Below, piece after piece: positions 19,101-29,483 of a stretch of DNA of 64,000 nucleotides; position 1 is the stretch's first letter, and each line of letters starts with the position of its first letter. The notes under the pieces are model-generated. The model was not told the origin of the DNA, made no database searches, and worked only from the letters and a program-made list of their open reading frames with translations. A program made the translations under genes and the position numbers. Location: positions 225,613 through 289,612 of the forward strand of contig CALMUP010000008.1 of NCBI GenBank assembly GCA_937872895.1, in the 5' to 3' direction. The stretch is from an uncultured Verrucomicrobiota bacterium (lineage in GTDB: Bacteria > Verrucomicrobiota > Kiritimatiellia > CAIVKH01).

Positions 19101-19720
19101 AGGACAAGTACAGCAATGCGGATGAGTACCTTCATGGGGGCGATCCACTCGTCAGCGATGGATGGGGTTCCGAGGCGGCCGCGTTGTCCATTGCCGGGAA
19201 CCACAACAACTGGAACCCTTCACTGAATGCCATGCAACTGGTGTCCAATCATCTGTCGCAGCACGAGGTGGAGTTGCTTATGCCCACCGGCCTCCAGTAC
19301 AAGGTGGCCTTGTCCGGGACCTTGAGCGGCGCGTGGGGCGATCCGGTCCAGGGGGACCGGACGGTTCCGCTCATCGGGATGGGGCAGGCGGGCACTCCGG
19401 CATCGGTATCGATCAGCGAGCCGATGGAGGGAGTTTACCGGTTCTCCTTCCATGACCTGAGCGGGATCTATTCGGTGGAGTATGCGCCGCAGTATGTCGA
19501 TCTCCGTTCCGGTGTCCTGCTGAACCGGACCAATCTTGCCCTGTCGTGGACCAGCGTCACCAACCGACGTTACACCGTCTGGATGAGTACCAACCTGCTT
19601 GCAAGCCCGTGGCGTTTGGCCACCAACATTCCGGGGACTCCTCCTATTTCGGTTGCGATCACCACCAACCTCCTCACCAATGCAGCGTCCGTTGTCTACT
19701 TCATTGAGGTCCAGCCCTAG
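16103..19720 (+). CDS. Large secreted multidomain protein: N-terminal alpha/beta-hydrolase (esterase/PHB-depolymerase-like) domain followed by calcium-binding thrombospondin-type-3-like Asp-rich repeats
   Basis: Signal peptide (VCILLLAVGLTILSAPVSSA), a GFSGGA G-x-S-x-G nucleophile elbow, and three DADRDGLPDPWEE / DADGDGLADEWE / DMDSDGLPDAWE repeats. 1205 aa. AAGGAGG lies 5 bp before the ATG at 16106 and the GTG at 16103 is the alternative start. Confidence 0.7.
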   Translation: MMYGCGVMNPGGQSVVGWRRVPRSVCILLLAVGLTILSAPVSSAQLAPGSTNYFVAAGETGVDYFLVVPSNYVATNPPPLLIYFDPAGSPEYGLPRLQPSCGKAGWILVCPRVLANGTVPRVKRVERELIDDIWRRIRYDRARMYFAGFSGGAWRANELSRQYANEVAGTLLYGTWIGLYDEFTVFPNRLAIARSNGNSDSSAISSEPVDNTYYTQTLVRVRNFRFAGGHQVGPVGTTDVAIAWLNQDFASNGIHYVAGSYEVEASNRMAAAQLAWSAENYTDVATNVVSVINDYPISTSIRTAEQVIVSVFSDTARRAAVAIDPLPTNAWAISWTLFQRSLSVLSDFPPEVPISYLEASIVYAPTNWLALRYLVTEMSDSPTLSWQEFPRLEALAQAAYQARPQSWHSLHALARVCALAGHTRKARNLALASMNAITNDYSGFTLSAASEFYQSLTNSASQYRSLPQAEDMELFIPDRSIHHERGWINSWGLAKAQDGVVHGGCQALALEGDPCVIRWNFQELTNVTVWTDYYIRPSLGNSTMDPPVLPDAGALYYLEETGRLRVYDGGSGGGWTNLNHAPLSTSDWSRITIAENYGAQTWAVSINDTVVQANLGFANNTNVFTAIYLLHQAATPTYVDTLSVSTVVPSPDADRDGLPDPWEETYGNLSANDDPDLDFYLNLEEYRNQTSPFVSNAPPASKYRTVRLDRVSSYGTTMPYWDLDRVNDPCRRGVWRGDVVLAATNKATLTLRLWQTNNFVYYHGIANTNAMALPANMALVQNAQFSLAGPLNTRCRVEFNEQVGSLVITDLGLNDADGDGLADEWELRYAGSTTGADPWSNQDNDAYPLIAEYFNGSSPTAYDPYSPYHVVTMPGTHNGWSTTIDRMSLIGDHLWRGDLYMYNATEQFKFAANANWTLNWGDNNQPSNRPNFRDVGNINGNNILVNSTSGYAIVLFNDKSRAYSVTDYRLDMDSDGLPDAWELLYQAQPNWFRVGDNPDQDKYSNADEYLHGGDPLVSDGWGSEAAALSIAGNHNNWNPSLNAMQLVSNHLSQHEVELLMPTGLQYKVALSGTLSGAWGDPVQGDRTVPLIGMGQAGTPASVSISEPMEGVYRFSFHDLSGIYSVEYAPQYVDLRSGVLLNRTNLALSWTSVTNRRYTVWMSTNLLASPWRLATNIPGTPPISVAITTNLLTNAASVVYFIEVQP

Positions 19721-19777
19721 CGCCGCACCTTGCGTTCTTTTGGTGCCGGACCCGCCTTGGACAAAGCCGAGGGGGGT

Positions 19778-19815
19778 GGGCAACGCCCTGGCGGGCGCAC
19801 TACGAACGGGGCGGG
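19778..19815. repeat. Downstream copy of the 38-bp direct repeat GGGCAACGCCCTGGCGGGCGCACTACGAACGGGG
   Basis: Matches 15778-15812 with one substitution. Lies between the large secreted-protein gene and secA. Confidence 0.5.
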
Positions 19816-19994
19816 GGTTCGTTGGGTTGGCCAGGTGGTTGGTGTGGCTTTGGGACCCGTCGTTGATTCCTTGAACCGTTCTTGTTCGAGGCTCCTGCCG
19901 GGCCGGAGGCACGGGTCCGGGCGGGCTTGCCAAACGGGGGCGGAATCCGTACTGTTTCGGGCTTCATTCGTCATTCCTACCTAGGATGTGCATT

Positions 19995-22900
19995 ATGCAG
20001 TGGCTTTTACGTAAAATTGTCGGAACCAAGAACGACCGCGATGTGAAGCGGATGCGGCCGCTGGTCGCCCGGATCAACGAGCTTGAGGTCGGTCTCCAGT
20101 CGCTGTCGGACGAGGCCCTGAAGGCGAAGACCGGGGAGTTCCGCAAACGGCTGGCCGAGGGCCAGACCCTGGCCGACCTCGAACTGGAAGCCTTCGCGGT
20201 GGTGAAGAACGCCTGCCGCCGGTTGTGCGGGACCGTGGCCACGGTGTGCGACCACACGCTGACCTGGGAGATGGTTCCGTTCGATGTGCAGCTCATCGGC
20301 GGCCTGGCGTTGCACTACGGCAAGATCGCGGAAATGGCGACCGGTGAAGGCAAGACCCTCGTCGCCACCATGCCGGCCTACCTGAATGCCCTGACCGGCA
20401 GGGGCGTGCATGTCGTGACGGTGAACGACTACCTCGCCCGCCGCGACTCGGAATGGATGGGGCTGGTGTACAAGTTCCTCGGCCTGACCGTCGGCTGCAT
20501 CCAGAGCCAGATGGATCCCGCGACCCGGCGCGTCCAGTACGCCTGCGACATCACCTACGGCACGAACAGCGAATTCGGCTTCGACTACCTGCGCGACATG
20601 GGCATGGCCTTCCGTCCGGAGGACCAGGTGCAGCGCGGCCACACCTACGCGATCATCGACGAAATCGACAGCATCCTGATCGACGAAGCGCGCACCCCGC
20701 TGATCATCTCCGGTCCGGCCCCGTACTCGACCGCACAGTACATCGAGCTGAAACCGCTGGTCGAGCGCCTCTACCGCAAACAGCGCGAACTCTGCAACAC
20801 GCTGGTCACCCAGGCCAAGGAATTGATCGAGAAGGGGGACAACGACGAAGCGATGCGCAAGCTCTACCAGGTCCATCAGGGCATGCCCAAGCATCCGCAG
20901 ATGCAGCGCCTGCTCGAGGACGCCAGCGTGCGCCGCCTGCTCGAGAAGATCGAATCGATGATGCTGACCGAGATGCACAAGGAAGAGGGCCGCGCCCTGC
21001 GCGAGGAACTCTACTTCGTCATCGAGGAGAAGCACCACGACGCCAGCCTGACCGAGAAGGGGTGCGAGGCGTTGAGCCCGAACGATCCCGACGCCTACCT
21101 GCTCCCCGACATCGTCTCGGCCATGTCCGAGCTCGACGGCAACGCCGGGTTGACCGAGGAGCAGAAGTTCGAGAAGCGGCAGGAGATCCAGAACGCCTTC
21201 GCCAACCGCAGCGAACGCATCCACGCGGTTGACCAGCTCATCCGCGCCTACAGTCTCTACGAGCGCGACGTCCAGTACGTCGTGCAGGACAACCAGGTGG
21301 TCATCGTCGACGAGAACACCGGACGCCTGATGTCCGGACGCCGCTGGAGCGACGGCCTGCACCAGGCGGTCGAGGCCAAGGAGGGGGTCAAGATCGAGCG
21401 CGAGACCCAGACCCTCGCCACCATCACCATCCAGAACTACTTCCGCCTCTACAAGAAGCTGTCGGGCATGACCGGCACGGCCGAGACCGAGGCCGACGAG
21501 TTCCACCAGATCTACAAGCTCGACGTCATGGTCATCCCGACCAACCGTCCGGTGCGCCGCCTCGACTACAACGACTTCATCTACAAGACACAGCGCGAGA
21601 AGTACAACGCGATCATCCAGGAGATCAGCGAGTGCCACCAGCGCGGCCAGCCGGTACTGGTCGGCACGATCTCGGTCGAGGCCTCGGAGCTGGTCAGCCG
21701 CATGCTGCGCCGCCAGAACATCCCGCACAACGTGCTCAACGCGAAGAACCACCAGCGCGAGGCCGACATCGTGGCCAACGCGGGCCAGCCCGGCGCGGTG
21801 ACCATTGCCACGAACATGGCCGGCCGCGGCACCGACATCAAGCTCGGTCCGGGCGTAGTGCACATCGCCCGCGACGTGATCACTTCGGGTGCGTCGCTCG
21901 CCACGAAGATCGAGGGCAAAACGCTGCGCGACATCCTGCTCGACAAGCCGGCGGGCCTGCACGTCATCGGTTCCGAGCGCCACGAGTCGCGGCGCATCGA
22001 CCGCCAGTTGCGCGGCCGTTGCGCGCGCCAGGGCGATCCGGGTTCGTCGCGGTTCTACGTCTCGCTCGAGGACGACCTGATGCGCATCTTCGGGTCGGAC
22101 CGCATCTCGAAGCTCATGGACAAGCTGGGCATCGAGGAAGGCGAGGTCATGGAGCACAAGTGGCTGAACAAGTCCATCGAGCGCGCCCAGCGCCGGGTGG
22201 AGCAGCACAACTTCTCGATCCGCAAGCGCACGCTCGACTACGACGACGTGATGAACAAGCAGCGCGAGATCATCTACGGGTTCCGCAGCGAGATCCTGCA
22301 GGCGGAGGAGGTCAGCCCGCACCTGCTCGACATTGCCGGCGACGTGATCGCCGCCCAGGCCGAGCTGGTCCGCGAGGAGGACGAGGACAGCCTCAAGGTC
22401 TTCATCGAATGGGTCAACACCAAGTTCCCGGTGGGCCTGAAGCGCGACCACCTCAAGGACGTGGCGTTGACGCCGGACGCGTTGACCGATCACGTGCTGG
22501 GCCGGGTCAAGGAGGCGTACGGCATCAAGGTCAAGGTCGAGGACCCGGACCGCCTGAAGTCGATGGAGCGCTACATCGTCCTCAACGCGATCGACACGCA
22601 CTGGCAGGAGTACCTGCGCAGCATGGATGCGTTGCGTCAGGGTGTCGGGCTGCGCGCCTACGGCCAGCGGGATCCGCTGGTCGAGTACAAGAAGGAAGCG
22701 TACACGATGTTCTCGGACCTGATGGACAAGATCAAGGCGGACGTGTCGGACCGGATGTTCCGCGCGGCGACCTCAGTCAACGCCTTTCAGTCCTTCCTGT
22801 CGGCCTTGCCGCGCATCCAGACGCAGCACGCGTCGGTGGCGGCGCTCGGCGGCAGCACATCGGCGCAGCCGGTGGCGGGAGCGGCGGCGGGTGGCGGAGC

Positions 22901-23075
22901 GGCCCCGGCGGCTCCGGCTGCGCGTCCGCAGTCGCAGCAGGAGGCGGCGATGGAGGCCGCGTTGTCGCGCAAGGCGGCTCCGGTGCGGCGTGACATGCCC
23001 AAGGTAGGTCGCAACGATCCCTGTCCGTGCGGCAGCGGCAAGAAGTACAAGAACTGCCACGGCGCGAACGGATGA
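19995..23075 (+). CDS. secA: Preprotein translocase subunit SecA, with a C-terminal SEC-C zinc-binding motif
   Basis: [20 protein letters not shown] aligns to the SecA N-terminus. DEAD-like motor motifs are present throughout and the C-terminus is [14 protein letters not shown]. The in-frame ATG at 19986 is an alternative start. Confidence 0.95.
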   Translation: MQWLLRKIVGTKNDRDVKRMRPLVARINELEVGLQSLSDEALKAKTGEFRKRLAEGQTLADLELEAFAVVKNACRRLCGTVATVCDHTLTWEMVPFDVQLIGGLALHYGKIAEMATGEGKTLVATMPAYLNALTGRGVHVVTVNDYLARRDSEWMGLVYKFLGLTVGCIQSQMDPATRRVQYACDITYGTNSEFGFDYLRDMGMAFRPEDQVQRGHTYAIIDEIDSILIDEARTPLIISGPAPYSTAQYIELKPLVERLYRKQRELCNTLVTQAKELIEKGDNDEAMRKLYQVHQGMPKHPQMQRLLEDASVRRLLEKIESMMLTEMHKEEGRALREELYFVIEEKHHDASLTEKGCEALSPNDPDAYLLPDIVSAMSELDGNAGLTEEQKFEKRQEIQNAFANRSERIHAVDQLIRAYSLYERDVQYVVQDNQVVIVDENTGRLMSGRRWSDGLHQAVEAKEGVKIERETQTLATITIQNYFRLYKKLSGMTGTAETEADEFHQIYKLDVMVIPTNRPVRRLDYNDFIYKTQREKYNAIIQEISECHQRGQPVLVGTISVEASELVSRMLRRQNIPHNVLNAKNHQREADIVANAGQPGAVTIATNMAGRGTDIKLGPGVVHIARDVITSGASLATKIEGKTLRDILLDKPAGLHVIGSERHESRRIDRQLRGRCARQGDPGSSRFYVSLEDDLMRIFGSDRISKLMDKLGIEEGEVMEHKWLNKSIERAQRRVEQHNFSIRKRTLDYDDVMNKQREIIYGFRSEILQAEEVSPHLLDIAGDVIAAQAELVREEDEDSLKVFIEWVNTKFPVGLKRDHLKDVALTPDALTDHVLGRVKEAYGIKVKVEDPDRLKSMERYIVLNAIDTHWQEYLRSMDALRQGVGLRAYGQRDPLVEYKKEAYTMFSDLMDKIKADVSDRMFRAATSVNAFQSFLSALPRIQTQHASVAALGGSTSAQPVAGAAAGGGAAPAAPAARPQSQQEAAMEAALSRKAAPVRRDMPKVGRNDPCPCGSGKKYKNCHGANG

Positions 23076-24679
23076 GCATGCGCGCGACGCTCCGAGCCTG
23101 GCGTGAACGCGGGGTCGTTCCCGTGGCGGGTGCGGTAGCGTCGGGCGTGCTGACCGCGGCGGCGTTCGCCCCGCTCGAGTGGTCGGACACGGCATGGTGC
23201 GGGCTGGTGCCATTAATCCTCGCCTGCGCTTACGTGACGCCGCGGCAGGCGGTCCGACTCGGCTGGATCGCCGGGTTCACCTTCTGGTTGTGCTCCATCT
23301 TCTGGCTCACCCGTGTCACCTTCGCGGGCTGGCTCCTGTTGTCCGCCTACTGTGCGCTCTACACCGTGCCGTTGGCGGTGGTGGTCTCGTGGTGGTTCGG
23401 GCGGTTCGGCGCGGGGAGGTTTCTGCCGAACGCGGCATTCCTGCTGGGCGGCACGGCGGTGTGGACGTTCAGCGAGTATGCGCGGTTCACGTTGTTCACC
23501 GGGTTCCCGTGGAATCCGCTCGGGGTCAGCCAGGCCACCAACCTCGCCTTCATCCAGCATGCGGTGTGGGGCGGGGTGTATGCGGTCGGGGCGTTGGTCG
23601 CGGTGGCCAACATGGCCATCGCGGTCACGGTGCTGCGGTACCTGCGCGGGCATGCGCGGTTCGGGCGCACGCCGCACATCGAGTTGCTGCTGGCGATGTC
23701 GCTGATCCTCGTCGCCTTCGTCACCGGCACGCGGTTGTACCGGGCGGTGGTGGTGGTCGGCGACGAACTGCGGGTCGCGGTGGTGCAGCCGGCAATCCCG
23801 CAGGAGGAAAAGTGGTCGGTCGAGAGCGAGGAGATGATCTACACGCGGCTGCGGGACCTCACCCTGCAGGCGGTGGAGTGGACGCAGCCGGACCTGGTGG
23901 TATGGCCGGAGACGGCGTTGCCGGTCGATGTGCGGCTCAGCGAGGGGTGGTACGAGCTGGTGGACCGGCTGGCGCGGCTGGGCACGCCGATCCTGGTCGG
24001 GTCGATGGACAGCGAGACGCTGATGGACGGCCAGCCGCGTTACTACAACAGTTCCTTCCTGTTCGCGACCAACGGCATGATCGTCGGCGAGTACGACAAG
24101 AACCACCTGGTCTTGTTCGGCGAGTACGTGCCGTTGCACGAGTATGTCGACATCGTCAACGCGCTTACGCCGGTCATGGAGAGTTTTTCGCCGGGCGACA
24201 CCAATACGGTGTTCGAGCTTCCCGGGCGCGGCACGCCGTTCTCGGCGTTGATCTGTTTCGAGGACAGCCTGCCGTACCTGGCGCGCCGGTCGGTGCGCAA
24301 CGGGGCGCGGCTGTTGATCAACCAGACCAACGACGCGTGGTTTGACCCGTCGGCGGCCTCGCGCCAGCACCAGTTGCTCGCGGTCTTCCGCGCGGTGGAG
24401 AACCGGGTGCCGATGGTGCGATCGGCCAACACGGGGTATTCGTGCCACATCGAGGCGACGGGGCGGATCCGCGAGACGCTGGTCAGCGAAGGCGGGCGTC
24501 ATGACGGGGCGGGTTTCCTGCTGGTGCCGGTGGTGGTGCCGCCGGCGGCGATGCCGCTCACCTGGTACACGCGGCACGGGGATGTCTTCGCGTGGGTGTG
24601 CGGGGTGGTGGCGCTGCCGTTCCTGGTCCCGGCGTTCGCCGCGGTGCGGCGGCGCAGGCGAGATGAGGTGGGGGCGTGA
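23072..24679 (+). CDS. lnt: Apolipoprotein N-acyltransferase
   Basis: N-terminal polytopic membrane region plus a C-terminal nitrilase-like CN hydrolase domain (VVWPETALP...ALICFE). The ATG overlaps the secA TGA (ATGA). Confidence 0.85.
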   Translation: MSMRATLRAWRERGVVPVAGAVASGVLTAAAFAPLEWSDTAWCGLVPLILACAYVTPRQAVRLGWIAGFTFWLCSIFWLTRVTFAGWLLLSAYCALYTVPLAVVVSWWFGRFGAGRFLPNAAFLLGGTAVWTFSEYARFTLFTGFPWNPLGVSQATNLAFIQHAVWGGVYAVGALVAVANMAIAVTVLRYLRGHARFGRTPHIELLLAMSLILVAFVTGTRLYRAVVVVGDELRVAVVQPAIPQEEKWSVESEEMIYTRLRDLTLQAVEWTQPDLVVWPETALPVDVRLSEGWYELVDRLARLGTPILVGSMDSETLMDGQPRYYNSSFLFATNGMIVGEYDKNHLVLFGEYVPLHEYVDIVNALTPVMESFSPGDTNTVFELPGRGTPFSALICFEDSLPYLARRSVRNGARLLINQTNDAWFDPSAASRQHQLLAVFRAVENRVPMVRSANTGYSCHIEATGRIRETLVSEGGRHDGAGFLLVPVVVPPAAMPLTWYTRHGDVFAWVCGVVALPFLVPAFAAVRRRRRDEVGA

Positions 24680-25599
24680 GTGCGGTGCGAACGACGACCC
24701 TGCATTTGGTCGTGGTCGTGGCGGCGTTGCTTGTCATATTGCTGGTACCGTTTTCGGCAGGTGTGCAGGATCGGGTATGGCGGGCATGGTTCGATGCGGC
24801 GCATCTTCCCGCATTCGCCTTGTTGACGGTGGTGGCGCTGGCGGAGATCACCCGGGCGCGGTTGCCGCGGACGCCGGTATCCCTTGGATTGATCGCAGCG
24901 GTTCCGCTGATCGAATGGTTGCAGGGATTTTCAGGACGTGATCCATCGTGGTCGGATGCATTGTGGGGGTGGGGTGGTATCGCGGTCGGGTGGGTCGTCG
25001 TTCTGGCCATCCATGCGAACGGGAAACGGCGTCTGGCGCTGGCACTGGCGGCAACCTCGATCATAGTGATCAGCCTGATGCGTCCGGTATCGGTCTGGCG
25101 TGACCACGTGGTGCTGCGGGCGGCGTATCCGGTGCTGGTTGGATTCGACACGCGCTGGGTGGAAAGCCGCTGGCACATCCAAGGCTTGGTGGTGGTCGAG
25201 GAGGACGGTGGTTGGTGGGCGCAGGTTACCGGGGAGGATGCATACCCGGGCTTGTTCCTGGTCGATCTGCCGCATGACTGGCGCGGGGTTGCGGCGGTGG
25301 TGTTGGATGTCACGTATGAAGGCACGGCGGATTCGCCGGTGTTGTGGTGGAGGATGGACGACCTGCCGGGGAATCCGCCTTATGCCGAACGGTTCCAGCG
25401 TGCGATGGCACTCACGGGCGGGCGGCAGGTGATGCGCATCGAACGCGCGTCGTTCGAACTGGCGGGCAACGGGCGGGCGATGGCGTTGGAACGCATCCTC
25501 GCGGCGGGTTTGTTCCTGACCGGCGCGAGGCCGGGGGACCGGTTGTGGGTGCACCGCATCGAAGTCATTCCAGGGGTTGTAGCGCCGATTTCGCCGTGA
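24676..25599 (+). CDS. Hypothetical polytopic membrane protein, possibly VanZ-like, with a C-terminal soluble domain
   Basis: GTG start overlapping the lnt stop. Five predicted TM helices in the first 130 aa. No confident family assignment. Confidence 0.5.
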   Translation: MSAVRTTTLHLVVVVAALLVILLVPFSAGVQDRVWRAWFDAAHLPAFALLTVVALAEITRARLPRTPVSLGLIAAVPLIEWLQGFSGRDPSWSDALWGWGGIAVGWVVVLAIHANGKRRLALALAATSIIVISLMRPVSVWRDHVVLRAAYPVLVGFDTRWVESRWHIQGLVVVEEDGGWWAQVTGEDAYPGLFLVDLPHDWRGVAAVVLDVTYEGTADSPVLWWRMDDLPGNPPYAERFQRAMALTGGRQVMRIERASFELAGNGRAMALERILAAGLFLTGARPGDRLWVHRIEVIPGVVAPISP

Positions 25600-25786
25600 T
25601 GTCCGCGCGGCATCGTGTGGCATGCTCGCGGCTCAGCAGGCGCTTCGCCCTCCCGTTTGGTCTTCCACTAGTAGTGAGGGAGTGCAACACCCGCACGGGG
25701 TGTTGGATGATGGATAAAGGGTTGTATTCCCTTCGTGGTCGGTTATCTTTCGTCACCCCCAGTACGGGGTGTTTCAGGAGCAGTGT

Positions 25787-26903
25787 ATGATGGACGATAT
25801 CTACAAGCGGATAGCCGAACTCAAAGCCGGGTTGATCGAACTCCGGGGGTATCTTTGACGTCGATGCCAAACGCCTGAAACTGGAGGAGCTGGAGGCGCG
25901 TTCGGCCGCGCCGGATTTCTGGGATGATCCCAACCGTGCGCGCACGGTGATCGCCGAGACCAACGGGATCAAGTCGGTCATCGAGCCGAGCGACACCATC
26001 GGTGCGGCGCTCGACGATCTCGACGTAATGCTCGAGCTGGCCGAGGCCGAGACGGAGCATGCCCAGGCCAAGGCGGCCGAGGGCGAGTGCCGGCGGATGC
26101 TCGAGAAGATCGAGGCCGACTACCGCAAATACGAACTGCAGTCCTTGCTGTCCGACCGGCTCGACGCCAACAACGCCTACCTCAGCATCAACGCGGGGGC
26201 CGGTGGAACCGAGTCGTGCGACTGGGCGCAGATGCTGGTGCGCATGTATTCGCGTTATTGCGAGCGTGCGGGGTATGACGTCGCGGTGATGGACATGCAG
26301 CGGGGCGACGAGGCGGGCATCAAGAGTGCGACCTTGCAGATCAGCGGTCCCTACGCCTACGGCTACCTGAAGGGCGAGCGCGGAGTGCACCGGCTGGTGC
26401 GGATCAGTCCCTTCGACTCGAACAAGCGGCGGCATACGTCGTTCACTGCGTGCGATGTGGTGGCGGAGATCGACGACTCGATCGAGATCTCCATCGAGGA
26501 GAAGGACCTGCGGGTCGACACCTTCCGGTCCAGCGGTGCGGGTGGCCAGCACGTCAACAAGACCGATTCGGCGATCCGCATTGTGCATATGCCCACCGGG
26601 GTCGTGGTCTCGTGCCAGGCCGAGCGGTCGCAGCATGCCAACCGCGACAAGGCAATGAAGATGCTGATGGCGCGGTTGTACGAGCTCGAGCGGGACAAGC
26701 AGAACAAGGAGATGGAGAAGTTCTATGGCGACAAGGGCGAGATTGCCTGGGGCAGCCAGATCCGCTCCTACGTGCTGCAGCCGTACCAGATGGTCAAGGA
26801 TCACCGGACGGAGGCGGAGACGGGCAACGTCGATGCGGTGCTCGACGGCGACTTGACGTTGTTCATCGAGGCGTACCTCAAGATGAAGAAGTCCAAGCGA
26901 TGA
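25787..26903 (+). CDS. prfB: Peptide chain release factor 2, requiring a programmed +1 ribosomal frameshift at CTT TGA C (about 25853-25859)
   Basis: Frame 0 reads MMDDIYKRIAELKAGLIELRGYL and stops at TGA inside GGGGGTATCTTTGAC, the classic SD-like GGGGG + CUU UGA C RF2 autoregulatory site. The +1 frame continues DVDAKRLKLEELEARSAAPDFWDD...SPFDSNKRRHTSF...GAGGQHVN to 26903. Confidence 0.9.
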
Positions 26904-27691
26904 ACAAGTTGCAGGAGATCGTGGCGAACAAGCGCAGCGAGGTTGCGGCCTGGAAGGCGGTGCGGCCGCTGGCCGGGCTCAAGGCGCTGGCGGCGGCGCG
27001 CGGGGCTGGGCCTGATTTCGCGGCGGCGCTGGTATCGCGGCCGGTCGGCTTGATCGCCGAGGTCAAGCGGCGTTCGCCGTCGGTCGGTCTGATCCGCGAT
27101 CCATTTGATCCACCGGCGATTGCCCGGGCCTACGAGGCGGGCGGGGCGCAGGCCTTGTCGGTGTTGATGGACGAGGTGTATTTCGGTGGCGGCGAGGGGG
27201 ATTTCCGGGCGGTGCGGGATGCGGTCGCGTTGCCGTTGCTCTACAAGGAATTCGTGGTGGATGCATGGCAGGTGTGGCATGCCGCGTCGCTCGGCGCGTC
27301 GGCGGTGCTGTTGATCGTCGCGGCGCTGGATGAAGCGGTGCTCGCCGGGTTGATGGATGAGGCGCGGGCGGCGGGGTTGGCGGTGCTGATGGAAGTGCAT
27401 GACGCGGACGAGGCGGCGGTCGCGGTGCGGCTGGAGGCGGGGATCATCGGGATCAACAACCGCAACCTCAAGACCTTCGTTACCGACCTTGCCACGACGG
27501 CCGAGGTGATCCGGGGGATTCCTGACGACCGGGTGGTGGTCAGCGAGAGCGGCATCCGTGATGCCGGCGATGTGCAGCGGGTGCGTGCGCTCGGGGTGGA
27601 TGCGATCCTGGTGGGCGAGCATTTGCTGCGGAAGGATGACCTGGCGGGAGCGGTGCGAGCGATGATGGAGCCGGTATGGATGTCTTCATAA
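26900..27691 (+). CDS. trpC: Indole-3-glycerol phosphate synthase
   Basis: MNKLQEIVANKRSEVAAWKA...GLIAEVKRRSPSVG...INNRNLKTF, typical TrpC. The ATG overlaps the prfB stop. Confidence 0.9.
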   Translation: MNKLQEIVANKRSEVAAWKAVRPLAGLKALAAARGAGPDFAAALVSRPVGLIAEVKRRSPSVGLIRDPFDPPAIARAYEAGGAQALSVLMDEVYFGGGEGDFRAVRDAVALPLLYKEFVVDAWQVWHAASLGASAVLLIVAALDEAVLAGLMDEARAAGLAVLMEVHDADEAAVAVRLEAGIIGINNRNLKTFVTDLATTAEVIRGIPDDRVVVSESGIRDAGDVQRVRALGVDAILVGEHLLRKDDLAGAVRAMMEPVWMSS

Positions 27692-28290
27692 AGATTTGCG
27701 GGATTGCCCATCCGCACGACCTCGAGGCGGTGTCGGCCTTGCGGCCGGACGCGGTCGGCTTCGTCCTGTGGCCGAAGTCGCCGCGGTGTGTCCGGCCGGA
27801 GGACCTGGTGCGCTGGTTGCCGGCGTCGGGAACCAAGGCGCTCAAGGTCGGGGTCTTTGTCGAACCGGAGCCGGTGGCGACGATCGATCTGGTGCGGCGG
27901 GCCGGGCTGGATGCGGTGCAGGTGCACGGGGCGGTTTCGCTCGAGCCGTACCGGGTTGCCGGGATTCCGGTGTGGCGGGCGGTGTATGCCGATCGGATGG
28001 GACCGGATGACATGAGCGGACGCGTTGACGCTCTGGTGGCGGACACCTATAGTAAAGAGCTTCCGGGGGGAACCGGAAAGGTCGGGAATTGGGAAGCGGT
28101 GCGGGCGTTGGTGCAGGCCAGCACGATCCCGGTGGTTCTGGCGGGCGGGTTGCATCCGGGCAATGTGCGCAGCGCCTTGCGGGCGGTCAATCCGTGGGGT
28201 GTGGATGTCAGCAGTGGCGTAGAGGCGGCCCCGGGCCGGAAGAACATCGATCGGGTAAGGGATTTCATACAGCAATGTCGAAACACGTAA
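27676..28290 (+). CDS. trpF: Phosphoribosylanthranilate isomerase
   Basis: [19 protein letters not shown]...VQVHGAVS...[12 protein letters not shown], typical TrpF. Confidence 0.85.
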   Translation: MDVFIKICGIAHPHDLEAVSALRPDAVGFVLWPKSPRCVRPEDLVRWLPASGTKALKVGVFVEPEPVATIDLVRRAGLDAVQVHGAVSLEPYRVAGIPVWRAVYADRMGPDDMSGRVDALVADTYSKELPGGTGKVGNWEAVRALVQASTIPVVLAGGLHPGNVRSALRAVNPWGVDVSSGVEAAPGRKNIDRVRDFIQQCRNT

Positions 28291-29483
28291 CACAGCCGGA
28301 CAAACACGGGCATTTCGGTCCGTATGGCGGGATGTATGTCCCGGAAACCCTGATGGCGCCGCTCACCGAGCTGGCCGACCAGTATGCCAAGGCGCGCCGC
28401 GATGCGTCGTTCCGCAAGGAGCTGGCCTATTACCTGCGCCAGTTCGTCGGGCGTCCGACGCCGTTGTACCATGCGGCGCGGTTGTCGAAGGAGCTCGGGT
28501 TCACGTGTTACCTCAAGCGCGAGGACCTGTGCCACACCGGGGCGCACAAGATCAACAACTCGCTCGGGCAGGTTTTGCTGGCGCGGCGGATGGGCAAGAA
28601 GCGCATCATTGCCGAGACCGGGGCGGGGCAGCACGGGGTGGCCACGGCGACGGTGTCGGCGATGTTCGGGCTCGAGTGCGTCATCTACATGGGCAAGGTG
28701 GACATGGAGCGGCAGGCGCTCAACGTGTCGCGCATGCGGCGGCTCGGGGCCACGGTGGTCGCGGTCACGGCCGGGCAGCAGACCTTGAAGGAAGCGATCA
28801 GCGAGGCGATGCGCGACTGGGTCGGCAACGTGGCCTCCACGCACTACATCATCGGCTCGGCGCTGGGGGCGCATCCCTATCCGATGATGGTGCGGGATTT
28901 CCAGAGTGTCATCGGGCGCGAGGCGAGGGCGCAGGTGCTCAAGGCGGCGGGGCGGTTGCCGAACTGGCTGATCGCGTGTGTCGGCGGCGGCAGCAACGCC
29001 ATCGGGTTGTTCCATCCGTTCCTCAAGGACGCCAAGGTCCGCATGATCGGGGTCGAGGCGGGCGGGGAGGGGATCCGGGCGGGCAAGCATGCCGCGCGGT
29101 TCGCGCAGGGCAAGCTCGGCATCCTGCAGGGCACGAAGACCTTTGTGCTGCAGGATCAGCATGGCCAGATCATGCTCACGCATTCGGTCAGCGCGGGATT
29201 GGATTACGCGGCGGTCGGGCCGGAGCACAGCCAGTTGCGCGACCTCGGTCGGGTGGAATACGGGTATGCGACGGATGTGCAGGCGATGGAGGGCGTCAAC
29301 GCGTTGTGCCGGCTGGAGGGGATCCTGCCGGCGCTGGAGACGGCGCATTCGGTCGGGTATCTGTTGCATCACCGCGACCGGTTCAGGAAGAAGGACCTGG
29401 TCATCATCAATTTGTCGGGCCGCGGTGACAAGGATGTTCAGCAGATGGAAGCGTGGGATGCGGAGCGTGGGGGCGCCCGATGA
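28275..29483 (+). CDS. trpB: Tryptophan synthase beta chain
   Basis: [27 protein letters not shown]...HTGAHKINN...GGGSNAIG, canonical TrpB. Start chosen at an internal ATG of the ORF 28089..29483. Overlaps the trpF end by 16 bp. Confidence 0.9.
   Translation: MSKHVTQPDKHGHFGPYGGMYVPETLMAPLTELADQYAKARRDASFRKELAYYLRQFVGRPTPLYHAARLSKELGFTCYLKREDLCHTGAHKINNSLGQVLLARRMGKKRIIAETGAGQHGVATATVSAMFGLECVIYMGKVDMERQALNVSRMRRLGATVVAVTAGQQTLKEAISEAMRDWVGNVASTHYIIGSALGAHPYPMMVRDFQSVIGREARAQVLKAAGRLPNWLIACVGGGSNAIGLFHPFLKDAKVRMIGVEAGGEGIRAGKHAARFAQGKLGILQGTKTFVLQDQHGQIMLTHSVSAGLDYAAVGPEHSQLRDLGRVEYGYATDVQAMEGVNALCRLEGILPALETAHSVGYLLHHRDRFRKKDLVIINLSGRGDKDVQQMEAWDAERGGAR

Noticed and set aside
19778-19985. 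tRNA-Gly 3'-end direct repeat marking the distal island boundary
   Set aside because: No copy of the tRNA 3' segment (TTCGATTCCCGCTACCCGCTCCA) is visible before secA. The island boundary is therefore inferred only from gene content.
28089-28274. 62-codon N-terminal extension of trpB (ORF start 28089), and similar upstream extensions on nadC, nadB, fpg, eno, nadD, ftsB and the diacylglycerol kinase
   Set aside because: Homology to the respective families starts at internal ATGs, several with SD sequences. The extensions overlap the preceding genes and have a low-complexity composition.
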